DNA of 64,000 nt from the NCBI RefSeq assembly GCF_009914755.1, contig NC_060925.1, one strand, 5' to 3'. Under the pieces are notes generated by a model. It was given only the letters and a program-made list of their open reading frames with translations. It made no database searches and was not told the origin of the DNA. Source of the stretch: the human T2T-CHM13v2.0 reference genome, Homo sapiens. The translations under genes were made by a program, and so were the position numbers. Below are positions 50,001 through 64,000 of the stretch, piece by piece; the first letter of the stretch is position 1, and each line of letters begins with the position of its first letter.

Positions 50001-51227
50001 CCTCCACACCAGCTGAGATGTCAGGAGGGCAGCTGCAGCCTTTGGGCAGCTCATTAGGGCAGAGAGTGAGGATGGATGGAGTGAGACAGAAAGCCTCTTC
50101 CTGCTGAATCACCAGCACCAGTTCCAAGATCTGCCTGGGCCATCCTCACAGGCTGCTTGGCCAAGGACTGACTAAGCACAAGGCTGTAGAACTGGCAGAG
50201 AGTCAAGAATGGTGGGGCTGGGCAATAGCTAAAGGAGTGACATTTGTGAATGAGTGTGATGAATTGTTTCTGTTTGTTTAGACTAAACCCCAGCTCCGCC
50301 TCACGCAAGTGGAGCAACCAAGTGTGAGACACTGAGATCCTGGAAATGAAAGGATTGTCTGACCAGCTGTTCAAATTGGTGGCTGAAGCTCTCCGGTAAG
50401 AACAGCTAACACTCAGGTCTCACTCAGAGTCTTATAGATAACAAAAAAAAAGAAAAAAAATGGAGATAAAAGAGTATTCATAATACCTTGTTCTAATTTT
50501 TTAGTTAGAAAAAGAGCTTTTATGATTATAAAAATAATTCATCGCTTTATAGAAAATTTGGAAATACATAAAATCCTAACAAAGAAGGTAAAGAGCATCC
50601 ATAATTTCAGCAACTGGCAACAATTATTAATATAAATTCATTTGCAATACTTTTCTTTCTTGAGAGCATAGCATTTTGCTGACATTTTCTAATTCATTCT
50701 GTGGTGTAGATGTGTGAGGGTTGTTGGAATAGAACAGTGCGTACTTTTATTATCATTACAGGAGAGAAGTCAAAATAGCAAATTCACTGACTTCTCCAAA
50801 GTCAGAGAAATTTGTGATGGCAATATCTTCTGTCCTCTGCTTCTGGTCTCTAAAAATAAAAACAGCCTAACAAGTTAATATTTATCTAGTGCTTTTCAGT
50901 CATATAATCTTTCCCTTGTGGTGCCATTCTGCTGTGTGCTTTCTATATTTACTCACCTAAGTTCCAGAGCAGAGACAGCCATGGTTCAAGAGAGTTTAAC
51001 CAAGCAGTTGGAGGTGGAAAATCAGGAGCCAGGCCCTCTGATTCCTTCACTTGTCTAGAACCATGCTTCACTCAAAATCTTTCTGCTTGAGGCAACAAAA
51101 TGAAAAGAGTACACTGCTCTTCATAAAGTTACAGTACATATTTGTATATAGGAATGGAGTGAGCAATGTACATGCACAACAATAAATACATAGAAATATA
51201 TAGGAATGGATGAAATATAGACCTGTC

Positions 51228-51740
51228 CAGCCCTGTGTTCATTATGATAGCCACCAGCCACATGTGGCCATTGAGCATTTAATATATAGCTTGTGCAACT
51301 AATTAACTAAATTTTAAGTTTTTATTTTTTTAAGTTAAAAACATACTCAGTTCAGATGTTAGAAAAAGTTTAAGTATTCTTGGAGTAACTCATATAGGTG
51401 AATCTATTTTTTAACTATAAATTATTTGACATCTAAATAGAGAATCAAAACTTTCCGATGAAAAATTATTATCTAAACTGAGATGTGCAGTAAATGTGAA
51501 ATACATACCAGATCTCAGACTCAGTGTGAAAAAAAAAACTCAGTCATAATTTTCTTATACTGATTACATGTTCAGATGACAATATTTTGGATTAGGTTAA
51601 ATAAAATATTATTAAAATTAGGTGCATTTATTTCTTTTTATATTTTTAATATAGCTATTAGTAAATTTAATATATATATTATGTATATATATATTATGTA
51701 CATGTATATATATGGTTTGCATTATATTTCTATTGCACCA
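51228..51740. mobile_element. Charlie1/MER33-type hAT element
   Basis: gatagccaccagccacatgtggccattgagcattt...aactgagatgtgcagtaaatgtgaaatacatacc...tgattacatgttcagatgacaatattttgg. Confidence 0.75.
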
Positions 51741-52751
51741 CCCTGGATACAACCAGATAACAAGTCTCCAGTTATGTCCATAAAGCTTTAAATTATGAGG
51801 ATCTGTCTTACAACGTCTAAGGTATTCCTCATGTGTTTCAATAAAAGAGCATATATTTTAAAATTGTAGATTGGTAAATAGCATAGATGTCAAAATTAGA
51901 ACCAAGATGTCAATGTTGGCCCCATCAACTGTGTAAATATATATAACTTTATTTTTTTCATTTTTCTCCTGTGTGCTTCGTAGTAATTTCAGCTCTACAG
52001 GGAAGTTATGCAAGACTATAAATAACTCTCATGGGCCCTTCACCCAGTGACCCTTTCAAGGTTTACAGCTGACCCAGTAACAGCCTGTATGACAAAAGAT
52101 CTAGTTCAGGATTGTACATTGCACGTACTTGTCATGCCTCTTCAGTGTCCTTCAATCTGGAACAATTTGTTCCTCCGTCCTACTTTGACCTTCATGACCT
52201 TAATATTTTTGAAGATTACAGGCTTGTTATTTTGTAGGATGTTCCTTAATTTAGATTTGTCTGTGATTTCCTCGTTCTGTCCAGCCCTGTGTTGTTCATT
52301 ATGATTCAAGTTATGGCTTTTTGGCAGGACTATCACAGAAGTGATTCTATGATCTCACTGGATCCTATCAGCTGGCACATGATTTTTATTTGGGTTATTA
52401 CTGGTGGTATTAACTGACCACTTGAGTAAGATGGTAGCTGTCATGTTTGTCCACAGTAAAGTTATTTTTTTTCTCTGTATAAGTGTTTTGAAGAAATACT
52501 TTAAAACTGTGAAATATCTCATTCTACATCAACTTTTATCCCATCGTTTGGCAGTGATTTATGTTTCTTACCTCAATGGATTATCACTGTGATGATTGCT
52601 AAATAATAATTCTCTAATTCCATAATTTTTGTGCATGTATTAGTTGACATTATATTATAAATAAAAGGTTTCTTTTCTTTCTCTGTTTGAGTATATCAAT
52701 CAATCTACCTACCTACCTATGTGCCATCTGTCTACATATCTCTATAGACAC

Positions 52752-52795
<44 letters not shown>

Positions 52796-52803
52796 GATAG
52801 ATA
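52752..52803. repeat. (AGAT)11 GAT AGAT tetranucleotide STR
   Basis: Direct count. Confidence 0.97.
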
Positions 52804-52948
52804 AAATGTGGCCTCATAGATTAGTATTTTACTCACTGAAATGTAATCTATTTGCCATTGTCCTGGAGTTCATGAGGGGAGCCCTTTCAAGGTGGCTCTG
52901 TGTCCTTTTGACATACACCCATTATTTTTAGGGTATTTAAAACATTTA

Positions 52949-53448
<500 letters not shown>

Positions 53449-53905
53449 TTTGTCACACACAAAAAAATGTTCCAGGCTCATATTATGCTTTAATTGCCAC
53501 AGTTCTATAATCATCCATTTCTCCAAGGAGCACTAATTCCTTTTAGTGGAGAATAGCACTTTGGAACCAAGATCTTGAAGCTAGGTGAGCGCCACTGGGC
53601 ACTACTGGGTATAATACCTACCTTGGTGGAAATAAAGTGCTTAGCATAGTTCCCAAAAGAAAATATGTGCTTAATAAATAGATATTTTCTATTGGTTTTA
53701 TTGTTGTTATTGTTATGAAGGTCCTATTAAGCATGAACCCAGAGGCCTAAAAGGAAAAGATGTGGAGATGTGTAATCTTTGATCATTTGTTCCATGATGT
53801 GTGTTGGCAAACTAGACAAAATGAAAAACTTCTCTAAAGAGTTGGTCTTACATTTTTCAGAGACATTTTATGAGTCTTGATTCATTAAAATTTGTTGGCA
53901 TAAAT

Positions 53906-54128
53906 CAGCGTTTCTCGATCTTAGCACTACTGACATTTGGGGTCACGGAATTATTTATGGTGGAGAGTTGTCCTGTGCATTATAGGCTATTGAGAAACAC
54001 GCCTGGCCTTACCTCACTAGTTGGAGCACCCAGCCCTCATTTATTGCAACCAGAAGCGTCTCTAGATATTGCTAAAGGTCTCCTGGGGGCAAAATCACCC
54101 CTTCTCCTTCCCTAATTGAGAACCACAG
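53906..54128. mobile_element. MER20 hAT MITE
   Basis: cagcgtttctc...gcactactgacatttgggg...tgtcctgtgcattatagg...ctgggggcaaaatcaccc...ttgagaaccac. Confidence 0.88.
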
Positions 54129-54824
54129 GAATAAATGGTTGGCTCTGTCTTAAGTAAATTTTCTATTATTCACCATGTTCAAGAAATAAAATAATTTGAT
54201 TTTTAAAATACTGAATAATAAAGTTACTTTATACTATTTTCTAAAGAATTGACTGAAAACCACTGATGCAATTCAAAATTAGGCTGAAAATAATTAATCT
54301 GTTTTGATTCAGAAGTGACTGATTTGAACCTCTATTATCACTGAGTCGTGGACGTGTGCAAGTCCTGGTCAGCATGGTCTTCTTGATGTGACTTTGGTTA
54401 ATAGGGCTTGCTGCAGGAGCATTATAACAAGGATTTTCACACAGCTTTCTTTCAAAAAAACTAAATCATTACATTTCAGCCTTTTCTCCCATCTTCCCTT
54501 TCTTCTATTTTATGTCCTAGCTAAATGGAATGTTCTTTGTCTAATAAACATTAATTGGATGAATGAGTAGATATTTTTTTAACTTTCTTAAAAGGAAAGA
54601 AATGGGAAAATTATTACCACATTTTACAAAAGGTTTCATTTGTCAAGAATAGTTTAGGAAGTCAGCAGCAGTCTGAGCCAAAATTAAGTCAGGTTTCTTT
54701 AGAATTACTCAAGTTCTTCTATGGGGGGGCTCTTAATTTTGCACAAGGACCTTCAAACAGTGTCCAAATTGCTTCAGTCTAAGTCTACAGTCTCACTTTC
54801 TAATGGAGAAAAAACTTGATGTTA

Positions 54825-55224
<400 letters not shown>

Positions 55225-55439
55225 TTAGGACAACATTGAAGTTTTCCTGAATGCCAAGTACCCTTCATTTGGCACCAACACCAGGAGTGGGGATTTCCGT
55301 GATTTAGGCAGTATGATGGGAGTTTTGCATCAGTGACCAGGATTACATGGCAACAAACTTTGGTTGAAGGCTAAATGAGAATCATCAGCAAACTCTTACA
55401 TGGGGCTGATTTTAGTGTATGAATACCAACTTTTCATTA

Positions 55440-58400
55440 TTTTTTAGGATTTTAAAAATTACTTATTGACAAAATATAGCTGTATATATTTATGGGGCAA
55501 AAAGTGATGCTATGATTTTTGAATACAAGGTGGAATGATTAAATCAAGCTAATTAACCTGTCCATAACCTCAAATATTTGACATTTTTGTGATCAGAATA
55601 CTTGAGATTTACTCTCTTAGTAATATTGAAATGTATAGTACTCAATTATTAGCTATATTTAGCACACTGTGCAATAGATCAAAAAAAAATCAAACTTATT
55701 TCTTCTATCTGAGGCTTTGTACACTTGGACTATCATCTCCCCAGTCTCCCCAGTCTTCAGCCTCTGGTAACTTCCATTCTACACTCTGCTTCTATGAGTT
55801 CAATTGTTTTAGATTCCATAGTTAGTTGAGAATATGCAGTATTTGTCTTTCTGTATTTGGTCTATGTCACTTAGCATATTGTTCTTCAATTCCATTTGTG
55901 TTGTCACAAATGAGAGAATCTCTTCCCTTTTTAAGGCTCAATCATATTCCATTGTTTTTTCTATATCTATGAAAAATGACATTGGGATTCTGATAGAAAT
56001 TTTACTGAATTCATATGTTGCTTTGAGTAGTATGGACATTTTCACAACATTTATTCTTTTAATTCATGAACATGGGCTATCTCTTATTTATCTGAGTTCA
56101 CTTCATTGATTAAATTTACTCCTAATTTTTTTATAGCCATTGTAAATGAGATTGTTCTCTTGATTCCTTTTTTAGAAATTCTGTTGTTAGTGTAGAGATA
56201 CATTACTGATTTTTGCATGTTGATTTGTGTCCTGAAACTTCACTGAATTTGTTCATCAATTCTAACATCTTGTTGTAGATTATTTTGGGTTTTCTATATA
56301 GATAATCATATCATTAGCAAACAGTGACAATTTCACTTTTTCTTTTTTTAAAATGTTTATGCCTTTTACATATTTCTCTTCCCTTATTGGTGTAATAAGG
56401 AATTCCAAAACCATGATGAATAGACCTGGCAAGAGTGGGCATCCTTGACTTGTTCCAGAATTTAGAGGGAAGAGTTTCAATTTTGCTTTACATATTTAGT
56501 GGCTCCACTGTGGGGTCATATGAATTTACAATTGTTATATCCTCTTAATGAATTGATTATATAATGTCCTTTTTTGTCTCCTTTTACAGTTTTTTACTTA
56601 AAGTTTATTTTGTCTAAGTATCACTGCCCCTTCTGTCCAATTGCAAAGAATATCTTTTTTTTATTCTTTCATTTTTAGTATGTGTGTGTCCTTAAGGAGA
56701 AGTGAATCTCTTATGTACAGCATATACTTGGACCTTGGATTTTTATCTATAAATTCACTCTATGTCTTTTGATTGGAGAATTTAATTCATTTATTTTCAA
56801 GGTAATTATTAATAGGTAAAAACTTACTATTGCCATTTTGTTAATTGTTTTCTGGTTGTTTTGTGGATATTTTCTTTCTTCCTCCATTTCTGTCTTTGTA
56901 GTTTGATGGTTTTCCGTAGGGTATGTATTTTGTTTTCTTTTGTTTTGTGCATCTCCTATAGATTTTTGATTTTTGGTTGCCATGAGGCTTACATAGAACA
57001 TGTTACACTTATAATAGTTTATTTGAGGCTAACAGTTTAGCTTTGATTGCATACAATAACTCTCCAGTTCTCCCCCATTCCAGTATTTTATGTTTTTGAT
57101 GTCTGAATTGTATCTTTTTTAAATATGTTTTACTTGACAATTTATTTCAGTAACTGTTGTTATTAACAATTTCATCCTTTAATGCTTGTACTAGGGATAA
57201 AATTACTTTGCATACTACTATCACAGTCCTAGGCTATTCCACATTTTGCTACATAAAACTTATACTATTAGGTTTTGTACTTTCATAAATTTTATGTTAA
57301 TAATTAGCATCTTTTAGTTTCAGTTAAAAGAACTCTCTTTTGCAATTCCTGCAAGGCAGGCCTAGTGATGATAAACTTATTTAACTTTTGTTTGTCTGGG
57401 AAAGTTTTTATTTCTCCCTCATTTCTGAAAGACAGATTTTCTGAGTGAAGTATTCTTGGTTGGTAGTTTTTTTTTTTTTTTTTCACTTCACCACTTTGAA
57501 TATATCATCCAATTCTCTCCTGGCCCGCGGTGTTTCTGCTGAGAAGTTTGCTGATAGTTTTATTGGGACTCCTTTGTATGTGATGTATTTCTTATCTCTT
57601 GCTGCTCTCAGAATTTGTTCTTTGTATTTAATTTTTGATAATTTGATTATTAAATGTCTTGGTGAATTCTTTTTTGGTTAGAGTTTTATTGCTGACCTCC
57701 ACATTTTGTATACCTAGGTGTTGGCTTCTTTTCTTGATTAGAGACGTTTTCATCCATTATTTCTTTAAATATGTTTTATGGCCTTTTTCTTTCTTTCTTT
57801 CTTTCCTCCTGGAATGCCTATGATGCATAGGTTAGGTTTCTTGTTTGATGATGTCCCATTATTCCCATAGATGTTCTTCATTCTTTATTATTATTATTTA
57901 CTCCTCTGATTGGGTAATTTCAAATTTTCTGTCTTCATGTTTACTGATTTCTCAGCTTGATAAAGTCAGCTGTTGAAGCTTTCTATTGCATTTTTCAGTT
58001 CAGTCACTGTAATCTTCATTTTAAAAATCTCCATTTAAAAAAAAAGTTTCTATTTCTTTGTCAAACTTCTCCTGTTTGTGTATTATCTTCGAGATTTTAT
58101 TTAATGTTTAATCTGTATCTTCTTGAAGTTTACTAAACATTTTTAAGAGGATTATTCTGAATTTTTTTTTCTGTCCTTTTATCGATATCTTTGTCCTAAG
58201 AGTCTATTGTTAGAGCTTTGTCACTTTCTTTTGGAGGTGTTATGAGTCTTTATAATCCTTGTATCCTTGTATCGGTGTTTATGCATTTGTGGAGACAGAC
58301 AACTTTTCTGGCTTTTACAAGTTTGTTTTTTTGGCAGGGATAGAAATTCACTAGTTAATCTACCCCTATGATTCTGGATGGGTCATTCTGGATGAGTAAT

Positions 58401-59610
58401 GATCCTGGAAAGGCAGGCTTGCTTTTAAGTTCTCTAGATGGCTGGGCTACTGCTTTTACCTGGAATTTGTGTGGGGCAGCTGACTAGGCTTTGCTGTTTG
58501 GCAAGATCACTGGCTGAGCTCTACTACTAGGCTGAGCTGCCATATGGATGCTGCAATCACCTCTTGTCTGGCAGGGCCACAGGGTGTAATTCCCTGGCCA
58601 GGTACTGCTATTTGAGTTCAGGAGTTGACCAAGGTTGCAGAAGAGGCCCCAAAGTTAAGTAGGTTGGGATGAATGGACTAACTGCTATGGTCAGTAGAAA
58701 TGCATGACTGAGATTTGCCTTCCTCCATGGGTGAGGTGTGGGGATGGGCTTTGAGGCCAAGAGAAGAACTGATTAAACTCCCAGGTGTGGCAGAACTAGT
58801 GCCTGCTTTTTGTCAGTATTTGCTACAGTGATCAGCAGTCTCCTTGGGCAGAGTCTAGGGGTAAGCTTTAAGGCTACAGGGAGTGTAGATTAAGCTCCTG
58901 ACTGTAGCAGATCTAGTGCCTGCTTGTTGTGGAAATTTGCTGCAGGGGGTCTTCTCTTACCTAGGCAGGACCCTAGGGTAGGGTCTGAGGCTGGCCATCT
59001 AGAGACTCAAGCCATGTAACCCTTCCCACCTCTTCTGGGAGTGACCAGCTCAGCTCTGTGGGTGAGCTACACACCCACAGATACCTCTGATTGAGCACGA
59101 CTAGTGGCAGGTGCACTGAGCTTTTACCAAAATCTGTGATGTCTAAATTTGCATAATTTTTTAATATGTTTCACTTGACAATTTATTTTACTGTTCTCTG
59201 TGGGCTCCACCTCCTGACTTTGTTTTTACCTGACCCCAGATAGTCTAGTCATGTGGTTTTCTCCTCCATTCCCCATTTCCAATGAGGTGAGAATGGGGTG
59301 AGTTGCCTGGGAAGCACCTCAAAATGCTGGGAAAGTTGGATATTTGCTTTCCCGCTGTAGAAACCATGGGCCCTAGGGAATTTCCTCTGTGTGGCACTGT
59401 GCTGACTTAGGGGAGAGAGGAAGGGCAACGTGGTCAAAGCAAAACCATTTCTCTTACCCCTTCCATGTGGAGTTTGATTCAGTTCCATGGAATACACAGG
59501 TGACTCAGGCTTATTCCCACATTTTCACCAAGGTGTTTTTGACTGGATAGTTGATGTTTCTCTGGGAGGAGTGAAGCCTGGGACCCCTTCTTCCACCATC
59601 TTGCTGATGT
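55440..59610 (-). mobile_element. Old L1 (L1MA-type 3' end) retaining 5' region, ORF1 and ORF2 pieces with large internal deletions
   Basis: 3' end ggaatgattaaatcaagctaattaac; ORF2 remnant SGTSQGCPL...[17 protein letters not shown] (56280-56480); ORF2 start NELNSPIKRHR (56747-57001); ORF1 C-term YQPRILH..NLSFRNEGEIKTFPDKQKL (57304-57486); end ccaccatcttg near 59600. Confidence 0.85.
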
Positions 59611-60933
59611 CACTTCAACTTGCCATTATCTATTCTATTCTTGCCACTATCTAATCTATTATTAAATAGATTGCTAATATATAAGCTTTGGTTGTCTGTA
59701 AAAATCAATCTAAAGGAAGGAGAGTTATTTGGCTTAATAACTGAAGAGAGAGCTTGCAGTGATAGAACAGCTTGCTCCCCATCAGTAGTCCCTTGCAAAC
59801 TACCAGTGAGCCTTGGACCATACTTTTAGAAATGATGCTTTGTGGTCAGCAATTCCAAAAGGTTAATTATGATATTCCAGTCTACTTGTGGAACTTCCAA
59901 GCTAGCTCCTGCCACCACACATCATTTCCTCAATGCAGCAGCTTTATTGATTGCACCCCGTTGTCTCCTTACTTCTGCTATCCCCCTAGCTTTCCACTAA
60001 TACCAGTCAAAAGCCTATGGGGGCCTAAAGAGAGAGCCCTTTATCAAACAAACAAAGCACTTAGTGGTGGGTGTCTTGGACTATGCTACAAAAAGGTACA
60101 ATGATTCTTTCTCTGTGTACTTATTGACATTCATTGAGCGGCATATAGTTTATTTTAGCTAGAGTTTGTGATGTAGCATCTATATTTAATTCCACAAGCT
60201 GTCAGGCAACTCATATATTTACAAACACAATCCTGGAAACAATGTGATTGCTGGTCACAGCTGCATCTGTAACATCTCAGGAGCTCTGTGCTGTTTAGCA
60301 CAGCTCAGGGCATTATCATTTTACATTCTGGTTTGTGCCAAGGTCCAAATAGGGCAGAGCTTGGGCTAAAAGTTCAGATTCAATGACAGGCCTGGCAGAA
60401 AGCCAAGAGCAAGAGTAACATTGAGGGCTGCAGGTCATAATGGAGAGTTGCTTATCAGCCCCACCTCAATTTTTCAGCCTACATAGTTATGAGCAATTTC
60501 TCTGTGATTGGCTTGGGTTTATTTTGGCTTCCCGGGCCTTAAACCACCCTATGTATATACAGAGACTCAGCTGGGAAGTGAGCTGGGGCTTAAGCAACAG
60601 AAGCCAGTCTGCTGGGAGGAGGCAGGGACAGAGAAGGGTCTCTCTCTGGAGTACGAAAGCAGCTGTCAACAAGGGATTGAAGTAGATGACTAAGCCAGCT
60701 TCAGTAGCTAGATCCAGGGAGATGGGCAGGCCATGCCCAGGGGCAGGGCCAAATGGTTTGATTCAGGCAATCTTGGTAACAGGAGGTCCAATGGCTAGAA
60801 TATATAAAGAGGAACTCTAAGAGAGGGTGCAGTCCAGAAGCAGGTAAAAGGGCAGGAAATTCCTGGGGGCCTATCTATCTACAGCAGGAAATGGGGGAGT
60901 GGAGAGCAGGAGGCACAGAAGCCAAAAAGGGTG

Positions 60934-61355
60934 TGGTGTAATTTGGATATTTGTTCCCACCCAAATCTCATGTTGAAATCCCCATTGTAGGTAGGGTGTG
61001 GTGGGAGGTATTTGGATCATAGGGGCAGATCCCTCATGAATGGCTTGGGTCATTCCTTTGGTGATAAGTGAGCTCTCACTCTGAGTTCACGCCTATCTGT
61101 GGTTTCAAAGTGTGCAGTACCTCCCCCACCTCTCTCTCTCTCTCTTGCTCCTGCTTTTGCCATGTGATGTGCCTGTACCCCCTTCACCTTCTGCCATGAT
61201 TATAAGTTTTCTGAGGCCTCTCTAGAAGTAGAGCAGATGGGAGCACCACACTTCCTCTAAAGCCTCTGGAACCATGAGCCAATCAAACCCTTTTCTTTAA
61301 TCAATTACCCAGTCTTGGGTGTTTCTTTGTAGCAATGCAATAACGGCCTAATGCA
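60934..61355 (+). mobile_element. MSTB/MSTA MaLR solo LTR
   Basis: tttggatatttgttcccacccaaatctcatgttgaa...ccccttcaccttctgccatgattataagtt...gaaccatgagccaat...cggcctaatgca; near-TSD gggtg/gggta. Confidence 0.88.
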
Positions 61356-62898
61356 GGGTACAAGCCTCTTACACCTTAGATGGACATGCGGAGACTGGGC
61401 AGAAAGGAAGGGGATGAGGAATCTGGGCACAGGCTCAGTTGGGTTTGGTGATATGAGGGAAGAGCACTGTAACTCAAGGGCACGCAAGAAACCAGGAGTT
61501 GTGGATTGGCCCATGGTGGAGGAGTACGCCTAACCTATGGTTTTTGAGACAGCACAGGTGAAATACCACTGGGTTCTTATGAGGCCATGCTGACAGGCCA
61601 TCTAAACAGGAGCCACACAGCTTCCAAAAAAGCAGCATGCTTATCTAAGCTGGAAAAGTGATTGTAGGTGAATCCTGCTTGTGTACTTTAAGATTTTAGA
61701 CTTTTCTTCAATCTTGCAATTTTTAAAATGAAAATGACCCAGAGGAATCTAGGATAACCTCATGTGAATACAGCTATCTTATTCAAGTCTGTAGCTGTTA
61801 GATTTATAGGTCATGTAAATAGTATTAAGGACTCCCCTTGGGAGAACATTATTGGCTTCTCTGTTCCTGAGTTTTCTTCTCTGTACAATGGGCATAATAA
61901 CAGCATCAACCTTACAGGGGTTTGTGCATAGTAAATAACGCATGGAAAGTGTTTAGATTGATGTTTGGTACACAGTAACTAATATGTAAACATAATTAGA
62001 GGTGATTATAATGGCAACTCTGGGACTCATGGGTTTTGAATTTTGAAAATTTTACCATTGACACACATAAAACGGAGACAGACAAGCTCTAGGCTTAGTG
62101 TTAAGAGACCCAAGTTCAAGTCCTCACTTTTCCCCAAACCAGTGGTGGGTCTTTAAATAACGTATTGCACTTCTGTGACTGAAAGTTTTCTCACTTATGA
62201 TACAATGTGACATGAATTTTATCACTGGATCCCATCAGAATGTTGCATCAAAATCTCCTGGGAGGTTTTTAAAAAATATTCCAAATTATAAAAATATACC
62301 CCAGCCCCATATCTCAGTTATTTCCCTCTTTCCTCCCTTCCCTATTTCCATTCCACTCCCTACCTTCCCCACATACACACACTACCACATGTGCTCCAGG
62401 CTGCTGAGAACCACTGGGTCAGGTAATCTCCAGGATCCCATCCCTTCTCCCCAGTTCCAGGACACGATCAGGTGGAAATTAACCAGGGAACAGAGGCTGT
62501 AGGAAGCCAAAGCAACCGCATAATCAATGCACAGAGCTTTGAAAGGCTTCTTGGAGAAAATGAGGCTAAAAGATGTGAGAGACCACAGTAGACTCACAGA
62601 GAGGAAAGGCAGGAGTGAGTACAATGGCAGGGCTCATAGCCAGACAACTGGGGAATCAAGTGACCACAGGATGAAGGTGAAAGGGCCCTGGGTTGAACCC
62701 ATCACTACAGTCATCAGCTGCAGAGGACTAGGGATGGGGGACTGGTGAGGTTATTCAGAGTGACCTGGAGAAACCTCTAAAAGGCTAAAATGAGGAAACG
62801 CCTTTTAACAGAAATCTTACCTTTTTAAGCTTCAGTTTTCTCACCTGTAAACAACAACAAAACAAACAAACAAAAACTAAGATTGGATGAGTCTATGA

Positions 62899-63360
<462 letters not shown>

Positions 63361-64000
63361 TAGCACTATTATTGTTATCTTAAAAAAAAAAAAAGAAAAA
63401 GAAAAAAACAAACAAAAAAACAGATGAGGAACCTGAGGCAAAAGTGTTGGAACCAACCAAGGAAGGCAGGCAGCCAGGTTCTGCAGTCTGTTCTCAAAAC
63501 CACTCCACTTTGGAACAGCCGATCAGGGGAGCTCAGTGACTGGAAGTGGAAGGCAGATTGGTTCTCAGGGCCGCAAGGAGTGGCTGGGGTTTCTTAATGA
63601 TGGAGGAGGATGGAAATGGTTTTGAGGAAGGTTGATCTGCAAGGAGATGAAGTTGTAAAGGCTTTGGGATGAGCGACTTTTTATTTAGAAGTACTATTTG
63701 ATCAGCAGTGCCATCTTTCTATTTGCTAGCGATCCCCCTGACTGGAAGGGAGGCTCCGGAGTAGAAGGGTCTCCCTGGTCTGCACATTCGGCCCCTGGCT
63801 TTATCGCTCAGGGCTCTGGGCAAGCCTGTCAGTTAGTTTGTCTCACCAAGGAAAGCACCAAGGACACCCGGCAGGCAAGTATGAAGCCTCAGCAACTGAC
63901 AGATGAATCTGCCCTTGTTAAGTGAAGGGCTGGTTATCACACAGAGAGACCTACAAATTTGGGGCCTCAGAGGAGGGATCCTACTAGGTCTAATGTCACT

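Noticed and set aside
63851-63871. RE1-like AGCACCAAGGACAC
   Set aside because: Mismatches at the 5' TTC and at the critical G of GGACAG; plausible by chance in 64 kb

Overview
Primate, almost certainly human, genomic DNA. The only supportable protein-coding sequence is coding exon 1 of ASTN1 (astrotactin-1) on the minus strand (5067-5349), inside a CpG island. About 6 kb away a second CpG island with Sp1/NF-Y sites and a splice donor at 12408 fits the non-coding first exon of the divergently transcribed BRINP2 (FAM5B). That assignment rests on recalled gene order at 1q25.2, as no BRINP2 coding sequence is in the window. Positions 1-5066 are ASTN1 intron 1. Positions 12408-64000 are presumably BRINP2 intron 1, rich in Alu, L1, L2, MIR, MaLR LTRs and hAT/mariner MITEs, with a third (intronic) CpG island near 22.0-22.7 kb. 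Nearly all other ORFs in the track are chance or repeat-derived. I cannot demonstrate a new biological system. The best leads are: a gap-free 191-bp, ~88%-identical inverted repeat between the two promoters; an interrupted GGC repeat with an open poly-Gly frame in a uORF-dense BRINP2 leader; a twin-primed L1PA carrying a short 3' transduction; an ectopic ~50-bp copy inside an old L1; and a MADE1 (miR-548-type) hairpin. Repeat subfamily names are from memory of consensus sequences and need RepeatMasker/Dfam confirmation.
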